Positions 26,684 to 37,091 of a DNA stretch of 64,000 nt are shown piece by piece; position 1 is the first letter of the stretch, and the number at the start of each line of letters is the position of its first letter. Made by a program: the position numbers and the translations under genes. This stretch comes from Planctomycetota bacterium (GTDB taxonomy: Bacteria > Planctomycetota > B15-G4 > SIAN01): contig JANNXA010000051.1 in assembly GCA_031409275.1 (NCBI GenBank), forward strand, positions 256,001-320,000, written 5' to 3'. Below the pieces are notes generated by a model. The model was given only the letters and a program-made list of their open reading frames with translations, had not been told where the DNA came from and made no database searches.

Positions 26684-27661
26684 TCAACGGTTCGTCGCCA
26701 GCCGCTCGCGCTGGTCGACCAGCACATCGTCGATGATCGTCGCCAGCGGCGTCCGCGGCCGATAGCCGGTGAACTTCTCGAGCTTGCGCAGATCGGGGAC
26801 GCGCCGCTGCATGTCCTCGAAGCCCTCGGCGTACGCCTCGTGGTACGGGATCTTCTGGATCTCGCTCTTGCTGCCCGCAGCGGCGCGAACGCGCCTCGCG
26901 AGCTCCTCGATCGAGACCTCTTCATCGTTGCCGATGTTGAAGACCTGCCCCCACGCCGACTTCGTCTCGATCAATCGCAGCACCGCCTCGACCGCGTCGC
27001 GCACGTGGCCGAAGCAGCGCGATTGCGTGCCGGGTCCATGCACCGTGATCGGTTCGCCGAGCAGCGCTTGACGCGCGAAGTTGGGCAGGACCATGCCGTA
27101 GCGTCCGGTCTGGCGCGGGCCGACCGTGTTGAAGAAGCGTGCGAGGATCACCGGCACCTTCTTCTCGCGGAAGTAGGCCAGCGCCAGCCACTCGTCGAGC
27201 GCCTTGCTGCAGGCGTAGGCCCAGCGGGAGTGGATGGTCGCGCCCAAGGTGAGATCGTCCTCTTCGGCGAACGGGATCTTCGCGCCCTTGCCGTAGACCT
27301 CGGAGGTCGAGGCGATGACGACCGGCTTCTGCTTCTTCGCGGCGGCGGCCAGCACCGTCTCCGTCGCCTTGACGTTGGTCTCGATGGTGTGGACCGGCCG
27401 CTCGACGATCAGGCGCACGCCGACGGCGGCGGCGAGGTGGACGGTCACGTCGCAGCGGTCGAGGCACTCCGTCACCAGCGGCAGGTCGAGCGCGCTGCCG
27501 ATGCGGTAGTCGAAGCCCTTCTTGCCGAGGAACGGCTCGAGGTTCTCCATCGCGCCGGTCGACAAGTCGTCGAGCACCAGCACCTGGTCGCCACGGCCGA
27601 TCAGCCGCTCGATGAGATGCGATCCGATGAACCCTGCCCCACCGGTGATGAAGACCTTCAT
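26684..27661 (-). CDS. NAD-dependent nucleotide-sugar epimerase/dehydratase (UDP-glucuronate decarboxylase-like)
   Basis: TGGAGFIG, HLAAAVG, STSEVYG, YACSK, RFFNTVGPRQ. Confidence 0.92.
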   Translation of the reverse strand: MKVFITGGAGFIGSHLIERLIGRGDQVLVLDDLSTGAMENLEPFLGKKGFDYRIGSALDLPLVTECLDRCDVTVHLAAAVGVRLIVERPVHTIETNVKATETVLAAAAKKQKPVVIASTSEVYGKGAKIPFAEEDDLTLGATIHSRWAYACSKALDEWLALAYFREKKVPVILARFFNTVGPRQTGRYGMVLPNFARQALLGEPITVHGPGTQSRCFGHVRDAVEAVLRLIETKSAWGQVFNIGNDEEVSIEELARRVRAAAGSKSEIQKIPYHEAYAEGFEDMQRRVPDLRKLEKFTGYRPRTPLATIIDDVLVDQRERLATNR

Positions 27662-27744
27662 CGCAGCTCCGTTTCGCGCAGCGCGCGCGTGCCCGCTTCG
27701 TCGGACGACGACGCGCAAGAACTCAAGCTAGCATCCACGCCCCT

Positions 27745-29595
27745 ATGCGAACGCGCCTCGCCTATTTGCTGATCGCCGGGCTCGCCGGACTTGCCGGCGC
27801 TGCCGCTGAGCTGGTGGCCATCGCGACGCTGCGCCCATGGACACCGCCGACGTTCTGGCAGACCGCGGGCGAGCTGGCCGTGCTGTGGAGCGCCGCCGCC
27901 ATCGGCGTGGCGCTGCTGCGGCTCGTCACGCGGCGCGATGCGGCGCTCCAAGGGGCCTTCCTCTGCGGGCCGATCGGCTGGAGCGTGGCCTGGTTCCTCA
28001 CCCGTCTCGATGGCGGTGGCCGCCTCGACACCGGAGTCGTCGCCTTCGTCGGCGCCCTGCTGCTGTGGGCCCTCTTCTTCGTTCACGGCCGCCTCGACAA
28101 GGGGTGGACCCGGCTGCCCGTCGTCGCGCGCCCATGGACCTGGCTCGTGCTGGCACCGCTGCTGCTGTGCGCCGCCGTCTGGCGCCAGCGCGTACGCACG
28201 CCCGCACCCATCGATCGCCCCGCCGCGGCCAAGGCGCCGAGCATCCTCTGGATCTCGCTCGACACGTTGCGCGCCGATCGAATCGGCGCCTACGGCAACC
28301 GCGACGGCCTCACGCCGCACCTCGATGCGCTCGCCAAGGAAGGCGTGCTCTTCGAGACGTTGACCTGCCCGATGCCGCTCACCGCCCCTTCGCACACGGC
28401 GATGCTGACGGGACTGGCGCCGCACGAGAGCGGTGTCACCAAGAATGGGCAGCCGCTGCCGCTGCACTCGGCCACCTTGCCACGCCTCTTCGCCGCCGAG
28501 GGCTACGCGACCGCCGGCTTCGTCTCCGGCTTCCCGCTGTTCCAGCGCTCCAGCCACTTCGCCGACCACTTCCAGTGGTACGACGACGAGTTCGATCCGC
28601 GTGCGCCGCTGTGCGAAGGCGGACGCAGCTCGCCGCTTGGAAGCGTGGCGCTGCGCGCGCTGCGCGGCCAGCTGAACTGGAAGGAGCCGATCGAGCGGCG
28701 TGGCGACGTCACCGTCGAGCGCGCGCTCGAGTGGCTCGACCGCGACGACGCAGCCGCACGACCGTTCTTCCTCTTCGTGCACCTCTACGACGTCCACGGC
28801 GAGTACGTCCCGCACGAGCCCGGCGTCGCGCGCTCGCGCTTCTGGGACCTCGGGCCGACGCGCGAGCGCCTCGCCTACCTTGACGATCCGCAGAACCGCG
28901 AGCAGATCTCGCGTCTCTACGACGGCGAGGTGAAGTGGGTCGACACCCAGGTCGAGCGCCTCTTCGCCCGCTTGCGCGAGACGAAGCGTTACGACAACAC
29001 GCTGGTGATCGTCACCTCCGACCACGGCGAGAGCCTCGGCGAGCACGACTACTGGTACGAGCACATCAACCCGTACCACGTCGAGACCCACTGCCCCGCG
29101 ATCCTGAAGCTGCCGCACGGCGAGGCGGCCGGCACCCGCGTGACCGGGCCCGCGCAGACGCTCGACCTCGCGAGGACGGTGGCCGAGATCGCCGGTGCCG
29201 GTTTCGAGGTCCCGGGGGCGAGCCTGGTCGGCGCCATCGAGAGCGGCCGCATCGGTCGCCGCACGATCCTCTGTCAGAGCATGTTCGACTTCACCAACTC
29301 GTTCTTCGCCGTGAGCGCGTGGGACGGCCGCTTCAAGCTGCTGCGCCGCTCGGCGGCGTTCCAGCGCTACGACAGCAAGCGCGTCGCCGCGACCGAAGAG
29401 CTCTTCGACCTGCAGGACGATCCCGGCGAGACCAAGGACCTGCTGAAGAGCGGCGCCCTGCCTGAAGAATTCGACCTCGAATCGATGCGCCGCGAACTCG
29501 ACGACTACTTCGCGAAGTGCCTCGAGGCGGGTCCGGCGCACGTCGACGAAGACGTCGCCGCGCAGCTGAAGAAACTCGGCTACACGGGATCCTGA
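27745..29595 (+). CDS. Membrane-anchored sulfatase-fold hydrolase/transferase (TAPSH)
   Basis: N-terminal TM segments, SLDTLRAD, LTAPSHTAMLTG, HLYDVH, TSDHGE, C-terminal LKKLGY. Confidence 0.88.
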   Translation: MRTRLAYLLIAGLAGLAGAAAELVAIATLRPWTPPTFWQTAGELAVLWSAAAIGVALLRLVTRRDAALQGAFLCGPIGWSVAWFLTRLDGGGRLDTGVVAFVGALLLWALFFVHGRLDKGWTRLPVVARPWTWLVLAPLLLCAAVWRQRVRTPAPIDRPAAAKAPSILWISLDTLRADRIGAYGNRDGLTPHLDALAKEGVLFETLTCPMPLTAPSHTAMLTGLAPHESGVTKNGQPLPLHSATLPRLFAAEGYATAGFVSGFPLFQRSSHFADHFQWYDDEFDPRAPLCEGGRSSPLGSVALRALRGQLNWKEPIERRGDVTVERALEWLDRDDAAARPFFLFVHLYDVHGEYVPHEPGVARSRFWDLGPTRERLAYLDDPQNREQISRLYDGEVKWVDTQVERLFARLRETKRYDNTLVIVTSDHGESLGEHDYWYEHINPYHVETHCPAILKLPHGEAAGTRVTGPAQTLDLARTVAEIAGAGFEVPGASLVGAIESGRIGRRTILCQSMFDFTNSFFAVSAWDGRFKLLRRSAAFQRYDSKRVAATEELFDLQDDPGETKDLLKSGALPEEFDLESMRRELDDYFAKCLEAGPAHVDEDVAAQLKKLGYTGS

Positions 29596-29625
29596 AGCGG
29601 GCGCCACCAAGTCGACCACGTCCGT

Positions 29626-31221
29626 TCAGGAGCCGGCCGCCTCCGGCCGCCGCTCGTAGAAGGTGAACCACTGGAACGGGCCGTGGTCGCCGACGCGCTC
29701 GCAGCGCCGCACGTAGTCGCGCCGGAACGTCGGGTCATCCCAGATCTCGCGCTCCGAGCGGAACTTGAGGCGCGTCTCCATCTCCGCGTCCTCGACCGGA
29801 TGGTCGAACACGGCGACGTTGCCGAGCAGCAGGTAGCGCGGGCGCCGCGACAAGACGTAGCGCCCATCGCCTTTCTCATGGCCGGCGCGCCCCTTGCCCA
29901 TGTCCGGAATCACGACATGCGCGATGTGGCGGTTGTTCAAACCGAGCATGTCGAGCAGCGGCTGGCGCATGTACCAGCCGATCGACCCCGCGGGGGTCGC
30001 GGCGACCAGTGAGTTCGCCGGGGCGTGCGCCGACAGCCACTGCGCGGCCACCTTCTGACGCGCGACGAAGTAGTTGTCGAACCAGGTGAAGTCGTGGTCG
30101 CTGCCATTGCCTGGAAAGAAGAGCCCGGAGCGCGGCTCGAGCTTGCGACTCGCGGCAGGGAAGAGCGCCGTGCCGAGCAGCGGCCGCACGGAACAGAAGC
30201 CGGTCGCGATCAGGAGCGCCGCGGCGACCGTACGCCGCGCCATGAGCACGCGCAGTCGCCCGATCAGGTCGCTCGCGCCCGCCGCGAACAGAAGGGCCAG
30301 GAACGGCAGCAGCGGCACGATGAAACGGAAGAAGCCGAGCGACTCGCCACCCACCGACACGACGTAGAAGAGGCCGGCCGCGAGAAAGGCGCTCGCGAGG
30401 CGAAAGAGCGGCTCGCCACGTCGACGCCACGCTCCCCACACGACCAGCGGCACGATCCACACGCCGTACGCCACCACGTAGTCGCGCAGATAGTCGACGC
30501 CGCGCCACCACTGCGCCGAGCCGCCGCCGACCTTGGCGTAGAAGGTGTTGGGCACCAGGTCGCCGTAGTAGCGCCAACGCCACCACCAATAGGGGCCGTA
30601 GATCAGCGCGAACAGGAGCCCGCCGCCGAGCGCCAGTCGCCACCGTCGCTCGTGCGCGAACAGGAGGCGCAATCCCAGCAGCGCGTGCAGGAAGACGATG
30701 CCGTCGGGCCGCGTCATCGTCGCGAGCGCCAACAGCAACGGCGGCGACCACGTCGCCCGCAGCGAGCGCTCCGCGCCGTTCGACGCGCCGCTCTCGACTG
30801 CGACCGCACCGATCAAGAGCAGCGCGAAGAGCGTCGTCTCGAGGCCCGCGGTCGACCACGCCATCAGCGGCGAGTGGAGCGCCAAGGAGCAGGCGAGCAA
30901 GCCTCCGATCAGGCGCCCGAACCGTCGCTGCGCCAGCAGGCCCGTCGTCACGACGACCGCCGCCCCGCAAAGCAGCGCGGCCGATTGCGCCGCGCGCGGC
31001 AGCGACTCGGCCGGAACGAAGCGGTGGATCGCCGCCAGCAGCGCCGTCCAGAGGAAGTTGGTGTAGCCCTCGACTCGCTCGCCGACATTGAAGACCGGGC
31101 CGAAGCCCTCGACCCAATGGCGCGCGTAGCGAAGCGTGATGAATGTGTCATCGACGATGCGATCGGTGAACCACCCGCCCGCGATCAGCAGCAGCGCAGC
31201 GGCGACGATCCAACCCATCAT
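29626..31221 (-). CDS. GT-C membrane glycosyltransferase, AftB-like family
   Basis: 'DDTFITLRYARH..G.GPVFN.GERVEGYTNFLW', GLET, TRPDG, YYGDLVPNTFYAK, DMLGL, GHEK. TGATG coupling at 31221. Confidence 0.75.
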   Translation of the reverse strand: MMGWIVAAALLLIAGGWFTDRIVDDTFITLRYARHWVEGFGPVFNVGERVEGYTNFLWTALLAAIHRFVPAESLPRAAQSAALLCGAAVVVTTGLLAQRRFGRLIGGLLACSLALHSPLMAWSTAGLETTLFALLLIGAVAVESGASNGAERSLRATWSPPLLLALATMTRPDGIVFLHALLGLRLLFAHERRWRLALGGGLLFALIYGPYWWWRWRYYGDLVPNTFYAKVGGGSAQWWRGVDYLRDYVVAYGVWIVPLVVWGAWRRRGEPLFRLASAFLAAGLFYVVSVGGESLGFFRFIVPLLPFLALLFAAGASDLIGRLRVLMARRTVAAALLIATGFCSVRPLLGTALFPAASRKLEPRSGLFFPGNGSDHDFTWFDNYFVARQKVAAQWLSAHAPANSLVAATPAGSIGWYMRQPLLDMLGLNNRHIAHVVIPDMGKGRAGHEKGDGRYVLSRRPRYLLLGNVAVFDHPVEDAEMETRLKFRSEREIWDDPTFRRDYVRRCERVGDHGPFQWFTFYERRPEAAGS

Positions 31222-32624
31222 CAGCGCCCCGGCAGCGCGGCGAGCCGCGAGGCCGCGTGGACCGCCAGTTCGCGCGCGACCAGCTCGTGGCCGGCGCCGT
31301 TCCAATGGCCGTCGTCGACGAAGTAGAGCAGCGGCCCGCGTCGCGCCTGCTCCTGCAACGCCGGAGTCAGATCGAAGTAGTCGATCCCGACGGTCTTCGC
31401 GAACGCCGCCATGCGCGCCGGCAAGTCCGAGCACTGCCAGTGCGACGCCGTGGCGTCCGCCGCATAGGCGCACTGATCGCCGTAGATGCGGAACTTCTCC
31501 GGCACGAACACCAGCACCAGCTGCGCGCCGGCGTCCTTGGTGGACTGCTCCGCGTCCCGCAGCAGCCCCTCCACCAGCGTCAGCGCCGCCAGATCGGCCG
31601 GCGCGAGCGGCTGCGCTGGATAGGGGAAATAGAGGCGTTTGCCGTGATCCGCTCCTTCGCTCGTCAGCGTCCCCGACTGCTGGCGCGCCCGCGCATCATC
31701 CTGCCGCGCGCGCGGGGCGACCAGGCAGCCCGCGAGGCCGACGAGGCTCGCGGTGAGGCTGCGCACGACGTGGCCGGCCTTCAGCTCGATGGTCGCCGCC
31801 ATCTCGCGGCGATCCTGCTCGAAGCGCGCGGCGTCGGCGAGGTCATTGCCTTCGAAGAAGAGCCAGTAGACCAGCCGCGGCTCGAGCGGCAGCGCATGGC
31901 GGCGCAAGACGATCAGCTCCTGCTGCGGACCGTAACCGCCAACTCCGAGGTTGGCGACCGTCACGTCGAGCCGCTTCTCGAGCTGCGTCGTGAAGAGCTC
32001 GCCGACCGGCAAGAGCGCTGCTTCGACGAAGGAGTCGCCCACCACGGCGACGTCCGCGCGCTCGAAAGCACGTTCGTTGCGGTAACCGCGGGCGTCGTAG
32101 CGCAGGTCGTAGGGATAGTCGCGATCGGGCCGAGCGCCGAGCCACACCACGCAGTCGCCATACGTCGTGCCGGTGACTCGCCCGCCCGGCGGCCGGGTGT
32201 AGATCAGCTCGGCATCGTCCCGATTCCACGGATTGCGGGTCCGCTTCAGGCGCAAGAAGAGGTCATCCCCCGGACGCGGCACCGTGATGCGCCAGTCGTG
32301 GTCACCGACCAGCACGGGCAGCTCGAGCAGCGCCAGCACCAACAACGGCGGTACCGCCACGAGTGCGGCGCGCCCGACCATTCGCCGCCCCGACCCGCCG
32401 ACGCCCCACGCGGAAGCGAGCGCGATCCCGAAGAAGAGCGCCGCCAGTTCGAGCAGCACCAGCACGTCGTCGACCGAGCCGAGCAGGCGCGTGCGTCCGA
32501 GTCGGCGCAGCACCCACCACACGGTCGCCAGCAACGCGAGCACCACCACGGCGGCCACCACGCGGCGCGAACGCGACGCGGTCGAGCAGCACCCGCTGGG
32601 GTTGTTGCTTGCGCTGGCCGACAT
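31221..32624 (-). CDS. SGNH/AlgX-AlgJ-like polysaccharide O-acetyltransferase/esterase
   Basis: VGDSF, NLGVGGYGP, FEGNDL and DGHWN motifs. N-terminal TM segments. Confidence 0.78.
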   Translation of the reverse strand: MSASASNNPSGCCSTASRSRRVVAAVVVLALLATVWWVLRRLGRTRLLGSVDDVLVLLELAALFFGIALASAWGVGGSGRRMVGRAALVAVPPLLVLALLELPVLVGDHDWRITVPRPGDDLFLRLKRTRNPWNRDDAELIYTRPPGGRVTGTTYGDCVVWLGARPDRDYPYDLRYDARGYRNERAFERADVAVVGDSFVEAALLPVGELFTTQLEKRLDVTVANLGVGGYGPQQELIVLRRHALPLEPRLVYWLFFEGNDLADAARFEQDRREMAATIELKAGHVVRSLTASLVGLAGCLVAPRARQDDARARQQSGTLTSEGADHGKRLYFPYPAQPLAPADLAALTLVEGLLRDAEQSTKDAGAQLVLVFVPEKFRIYGDQCAYAADATASHWQCSDLPARMAAFAKTVGIDYFDLTPALQEQARRGPLLYFVDDGHWNGAGHELVARELAVHAASRLAALPGR

Positions 32625-32762
32625 CGAGATCGGGACCCTTTCCGGGGGGAAGGCGGCGCAGCCTACTAGCGGACCGCGGCCAGCACCATGCTCGCGGCGG
32701 CGCGACGGAACTCCTTTCCAGCCGCCGGCGGCGCCGCGCAGTCGATAAGTTCGGCCCCCGCC

Positions 32763-34616
32763 ATGACCCAAGCGCCGTCGCCACCCCTGCGTCTCGTTGC
32801 CGCCACCGTCGTTCGGCGTGGTGCGCAGGTCGGCGCCGCGCTCGGCGCTTCCGCGACCCTGCTCCATGCGCTGCTTGGAGCGCGCCGCGACGGCTACCTC
32901 CACCGCGATCTGCTGAATCTCGCCTGGCATGCGATGTCGCGCCGACTCGCGAGCGGCCGCCTCGAGGTCGCGACCCTCACGCTCGCGTTGATGGGCGCCC
33001 TCGTCGCGCTCGCCACCGCGCGCATCGCCTCGCGGCCGCTGCGCCTCGTCGTGCGAGCGCTGCTACTCGGCGGCGCCGCCGCGCTCGCCGTCACCGGCCA
33101 GTGGATCGCTCCCGACGAGGTGACGCCGGCGTCGGGCCGAAGCGCCCTGCTGCTGCTTGGCGCGCTCGCCGTCGGGTTTGCGGCCTTCGCCGTGCTCCTC
33201 GGGATCGCGGTGGCGCGCCTGGAACGGAGCCGCGGTTTTGCGCTGGTGCTTCTGCCGTGGATCACCGGCTTCGCCCTGGCTCGCTTCGACCTCGAAACGG
33301 TCGGGCCGCCGGCGGGGGCGCCGCCGAGCGTCGTGCTCCTCTCGCTCGACACGCTGCGCGCGGATCGCCTCGGCTGCTACGGCCATCCGCGCGACACGAC
33401 GCCCGAGCTCGACGCCTTCGCCGCCACGGCGGTGCGCTTCGCCGACGTCGCCGCGCCGTTCCCGTTCACGCTGAGCTCGCACGCCACGATGCTGACCGGA
33501 CTCGACCCTGCCGCGCACGGCGCCACGCTGCAGGGCCAGCGCGTCGATCAGCGCCAACCGCTGTTTCGCGAGGTTCCGACCCTCGCCGAGGCATTCCGTG
33601 CGGCGGGCTACGTGACCATCGGCGTGGTCGACACCTGCCTGTGGATGCAGCCCGGCTACGGACTCGAACGCGGCTTCGACCTGTGGCGCAACGTGCCGGG
33701 TGGCGCCGATCGCAAGCGCGCCGAGGTGGCGACCCTGCTGCGCGATCTGCGCGGAAGGAAGGCGTTCTTCTTCATCCACTGCTTCGACGCGCACTCCGAC
33801 AACCGCCGACTGCCCTACGACCGCGCGCAAGCCGATGCCGGCCGCTACAGCGGCGGCTATCGCGGCGCCTTCGATGGCCGCGACCCGGCCAACCCATCGG
33901 TCGCCGCCTCGAAGCTGCTGCGCCAATGGAACGACATCAACGCGCCGCTCGAGCCCGACCTCGTGCGCCACGTCTCCGACCTCTACGACGAAGGCGTCCG
34001 CAGCCTCGATCGCGAGACGGGACGACTGCTCGAGGTGCTGCGCGCGGCGGGACTCTTCGACGCTGGCGCCATCGCCATCACCTCCGACCATGGCGAGGAG
34101 TTCCGCGAACACGGCCGCTTCATGCACGACACGCAGCTCTTCCAGGAGAGCGTCCACGTGCCGCTCCTGTTGCGCCTGCCGCAAGGATCGTCAGGAGGAC
34201 GCGTCGTTGCGACGCCGGCAGCGCTGCTCGACGTGGCGCCAACGCTCGCCGCGATCGCTGGCGTCGAGCTGCCGCCGGTGCAGGGCCGCTCGCTCCTCGC
34301 CGCGATCGACGCTCCCGACGACGAACTCGTGGCGCTCTACTTCGGAGCCGAGCCCGACGAAGAGGCCGTCCGCCTCGGCCGCTTCAAGCTGCTGAAGCAG
34401 GGTGATGCGCTCGCGCTCTACGACCTCGCCGACGATCCGCTCGAAGCGCGCGATGTCGCCGAGGCTCACCCCGAGATCGTGCAGGCGCTCACCCGCCGCC
34501 TCGACGAGCGCCGCGCGCAGAACCAGCAGCTCGCGGCGCCGCGCTCGCGCGACGGCTCGCACGTGCCCTCCGCGACGCAGGTCCGCGACATGGGGGCGAT
34601 CGGCTACGGGCAGTAG
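32763..34616 (+). CDS. Membrane-anchored sulfatase-fold hydrolase/transferase (TLSSH)
   Basis: SLDTLRAD, FTLSSHATMLTG, FDAH, TSDHGEEF, C-terminal AIGY. Confidence 0.88.
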   Translation: MTQAPSPPLRLVAATVVRRGAQVGAALGASATLLHALLGARRDGYLHRDLLNLAWHAMSRRLASGRLEVATLTLALMGALVALATARIASRPLRLVVRALLLGGAAALAVTGQWIAPDEVTPASGRSALLLLGALAVGFAAFAVLLGIAVARLERSRGFALVLLPWITGFALARFDLETVGPPAGAPPSVVLLSLDTLRADRLGCYGHPRDTTPELDAFAATAVRFADVAAPFPFTLSSHATMLTGLDPAAHGATLQGQRVDQRQPLFREVPTLAEAFRAAGYVTIGVVDTCLWMQPGYGLERGFDLWRNVPGGADRKRAEVATLLRDLRGRKAFFFIHCFDAHSDNRRLPYDRAQADAGRYSGGYRGAFDGRDPANPSVAASKLLRQWNDINAPLEPDLVRHVSDLYDEGVRSLDRETGRLLEVLRAAGLFDAGAIAITSDHGEEFREHGRFMHDTQLFQESVHVPLLLRLPQGSSGGRVVATPAALLDVAPTLAAIAGVELPPVQGRSLLAAIDAPDDELVALYFGAEPDEEAVRLGRFKLLKQGDALALYDLADDPLEARDVAEAHPEIVQALTRRLDERRAQNQQLAAPRSRDGSHVPSATQVRDMGAIGYGQ

Positions 34617-34781
34617 CGATCGACGTCGATCCGCTGCGCCGTGAACCGCGCGCTCGGATCACCCGCCCCCGCGGAAGCGAAAAATTTCCGGTCGCCGGCT
34701 CATGCCTCCTCCCTTCCGCGCCCGATGAGCTGCAAGTCGAGCCGCAACCCGGCAATTGATTCCCGCTCGAGAGCGTTGCTG

Positions 34782-35876
34782 ATGGTCGTCGCACTACTCC
34801 GATGGGTCGTCCAGGATCAGGGCCTCTCGCGCGTCGAGAGGCTCCAACTCGTGCGTCGCGAAGTGACGGCGGAACTCGGCAAGGCGGCGAACGGCCCCGA
34901 CCTGCTCTGGTGGGTCGGCGGATTGGCGGCCGCGGCGCTCGTCCTGCTGCCGCTCGTCTATTGGATCCGGCGCACGATTCACCTCTACCGCTGGATGGAA
35001 GCCCTGAGGCAGCTTGGCCTCGATGACGACGAGGTGCAGCTCTTCGCGCAGATCGCACGCCGTGCACCGCTCGCGCTGCTGAGGCAGCCGAAGCTCGCGC
35101 CGCATCTCTTCGACAAAGTCGCGCACAAGCTGCTCAAGCGGATCGCCTCCGACTCGAAACGCGACGTGACCATGCTCCGCATCCTCGCGCTTCGCCATCG
35201 GCTGCCGTTCCGAGACGCTCCCGCACTCGGCACGGTCGAGGCGGGAATGCGCGTGCATGCTCGCGCATCCACTCCCGCGGACGCGCCGAGCGTCCGCGCC
35301 GACGTCGTCACGTCGGAGGGGAACGTGCTCAAGCTCTCCCTGATCGAAGAGGAAACCGGGCCGCCGCTGATCCCGGGGATGCAGGTCGTCGTGCGCGCGC
35401 TCCTCCTCGGGCACACCTGCGAGACCACCGCCAACGTCCGCCATCGGCTCGACGGCACGCGACCGCGCTTGCAGGTCGACTGCCTGGCGCCGTTCCGCAA
35501 GGCACGCCTCGCCCTGCTCGATCGCATCGTCAGCGTCCCCGCCAAGCTCAATCTGGTCGAGCGACTCCCGTCGCGAACCTACGAGAACACGGCGCCGATC
35601 GCCGAAGCCCTGGTGACGCGCGAGACGACGGTCGGCGTCAACGTCACGGTGAGGCACGCGCGCCTGACGTTCGGCGAGGGCGTGCAGCTCGTCGCCGGCC
35701 CGCTGTCCGGCGAGTACGTCGCGTTCGACGAGGTGGCGACCTCGCGCGATCAGTCGCGGTACTTCCTGATGCGCGTGTCGTCCGCCCGTCGCGATGCGGC
35801 GATCGCCGCCGGCGCCGGGAAGGCCCGGCCGGCGTCGGGCCGAGCGCGCGGGCGCGGCAGCGCGTTGACACCATGA
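34782..35876 (+). CDS. Hypothetical membrane protein, possibly a degenerate YcgR/PilZ-like motor regulator
   Basis: One TM segment, a helical region, then a beta-rich C-terminus. Lies upstream of flbD-motAB. No canonical RxxxR..D/NxSxxG motif is visible. Confidence 0.45.
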   Translation: MVVALLRWVVQDQGLSRVERLQLVRREVTAELGKAANGPDLLWWVGGLAAAALVLLPLVYWIRRTIHLYRWMEALRQLGLDDDEVQLFAQIARRAPLALLRQPKLAPHLFDKVAHKLLKRIASDSKRDVTMLRILALRHRLPFRDAPALGTVEAGMRVHARASTPADAPSVRADVVTSEGNVLKLSLIEEETGPPLIPGMQVVVRALLLGHTCETTANVRHRLDGTRPRLQVDCLAPFRKARLALLDRIVSVPAKLNLVERLPSRTYENTAPIAEALVTRETTVGVNVTVRHARLTFGEGVQLVAGPLSGEYVAFDEVATSRDQSRYFLMRVSSARRDAAIAAGAGKARPASGRARGRGSALTP

Positions 35877-36099
35877 TTCACGCGGTCCGACGGAACTGAC
35901 CATCCCGGCCGACGCCTGATCGGCTTCGACCTCGTCGATCCCGAGAGTGCGGCGCTTTCAGCGCTGCAACCTCGAATCCCTCGGCTCCGCACGCGCGCAC
36001 GTCCGGGCCGCCCGTTCAAGCGATCGCGCGCCAGCGGTCGAAAGAGAAGCGGTGTCGTCGTCGCACCTGAGCCGGCATTCAGCAGAGAAGGGGCCAACG

Positions 36100-36303
36100 A
36101 TGATCGCAGTGACGCGCATGGACGGCACGCCGTTCGTTCTGAATGCCGATCGCATCGAGAGCGTGGAGCAGGTGCCCGAGACGATGCTGCGCCTGACCAA
36201 CGATCGCCCGCTCATGGTGCGCGAATCCATGGAGGAAGTCGTGCGCGCCTTCAAGGCGTACAAGCGCGAGATCGCGAATCCCGCGTTCAAGGAAGTGACA
36301 TGA
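36100..36303 (+). CDS. flbD: FlbD/SwrD-family flagellar protein
   Basis: MIAVTRMDGTPFVLNADRIESVEQVPET..VRES.EEVV. ATGA-coupled to motA. Confidence 0.9.
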   Translation: MIAVTRMDGTPFVLNADRIESVEQVPETMLRLTNDRPLMVRESMEEVVRAFKAYKREIANPAFKEVT

Positions 36304-37091
36304 TCATCAACATCCTCGGCGTCGTCGTGGCCTTCGGCATGATCCTCCTCGGCAACCACCTCGAGGGCGGCCACCTGAGTTCGCTGATCCAGCCGACCGC
36401 GGCGATCATCGTGCTGGGCGGAACGATCGGTGCAACCATGGTCGCCCACACGGGGCACGAGTTCGCGACCGCGTTGAAGGACCTGAAGAAGGTGTTCCTC
36501 GGCAAGGAACCGAACTACACCGGGTTGATCCAGCAGCTCGTGAAGTTCGGCGTCGTCGCCCGCCGCGAGGGGCTGCTCTCCATCGACAACATGCTTCGCG
36601 ACGTGACCAATCCGTTCATGGCGGAGAACCTGCGCCGTCTGATCGACGGCTACGAGGCGGCCGCGCTGCGCAACATCATGGAAGAGCGCATGGGGCGGAT
36701 CGAGGAGTCCAAGGCGGGCTGCGCGAAGGTCTGGGAGACCATGGGTGGCTTCTGCCCTACGGTCGGGATCCTCGGCGCCGTGCTCGGGTTGATCCACGTC
36801 ATGTCGAACCTCGATGATCCGAGCGCGCTCGGACCTGGCATCGCGACCGCATTCGTCGCGACGATCTACGGCGTCGGGGCGGCCAACCTCGTCATGCTGC
36901 CGATCGGCGGCAAGCTGAAGAAGATCTACCACCACGAGATGCTGGAGATGGAGCTCATCCTCGCCGGCATCCTCGCGGTCCAGGCTGGCGACAATCCGCG
37001 GCGCGTCGAGGATCAGCTCCAGAACATCCTCGGCGAACATGGACACGCCGCACCCGCCGCCGCCGGCGAAGAGTCCAAGGCCGCTGCCTGA
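36300..37091 (+). CDS. motA: Flagellar stator protein MotA
   Basis: LEGG, IVLGGT, ARREGLL, PTVGILGAVLGLI, ATAFVATIYG, AGDNPR. Confidence 0.95.
   Translation: MIINILGVVVAFGMILLGNHLEGGHLSSLIQPTAAIIVLGGTIGATMVAHTGHEFATALKDLKKVFLGKEPNYTGLIQQLVKFGVVARREGLLSIDNMLRDVTNPFMAENLRRLIDGYEAAALRNIMEERMGRIEESKAGCAKVWETMGGFCPTVGILGAVLGLIHVMSNLDDPSALGPGIATAFVATIYGVGAANLVMLPIGGKLKKIYHHEMLEMELILAGILAVQAGDNPRRVEDQLQNILGEHGHAAPAAAGEESKAAA

Noticed and set aside
36016..36044. Sigma-28-like promoter TCAAG...GTCGAAAG upstream of flbD
   Set aside because: Both boxes are mismatched and the spacing is about 2 nt longer than consensus, so it cannot be supported without TSS data.
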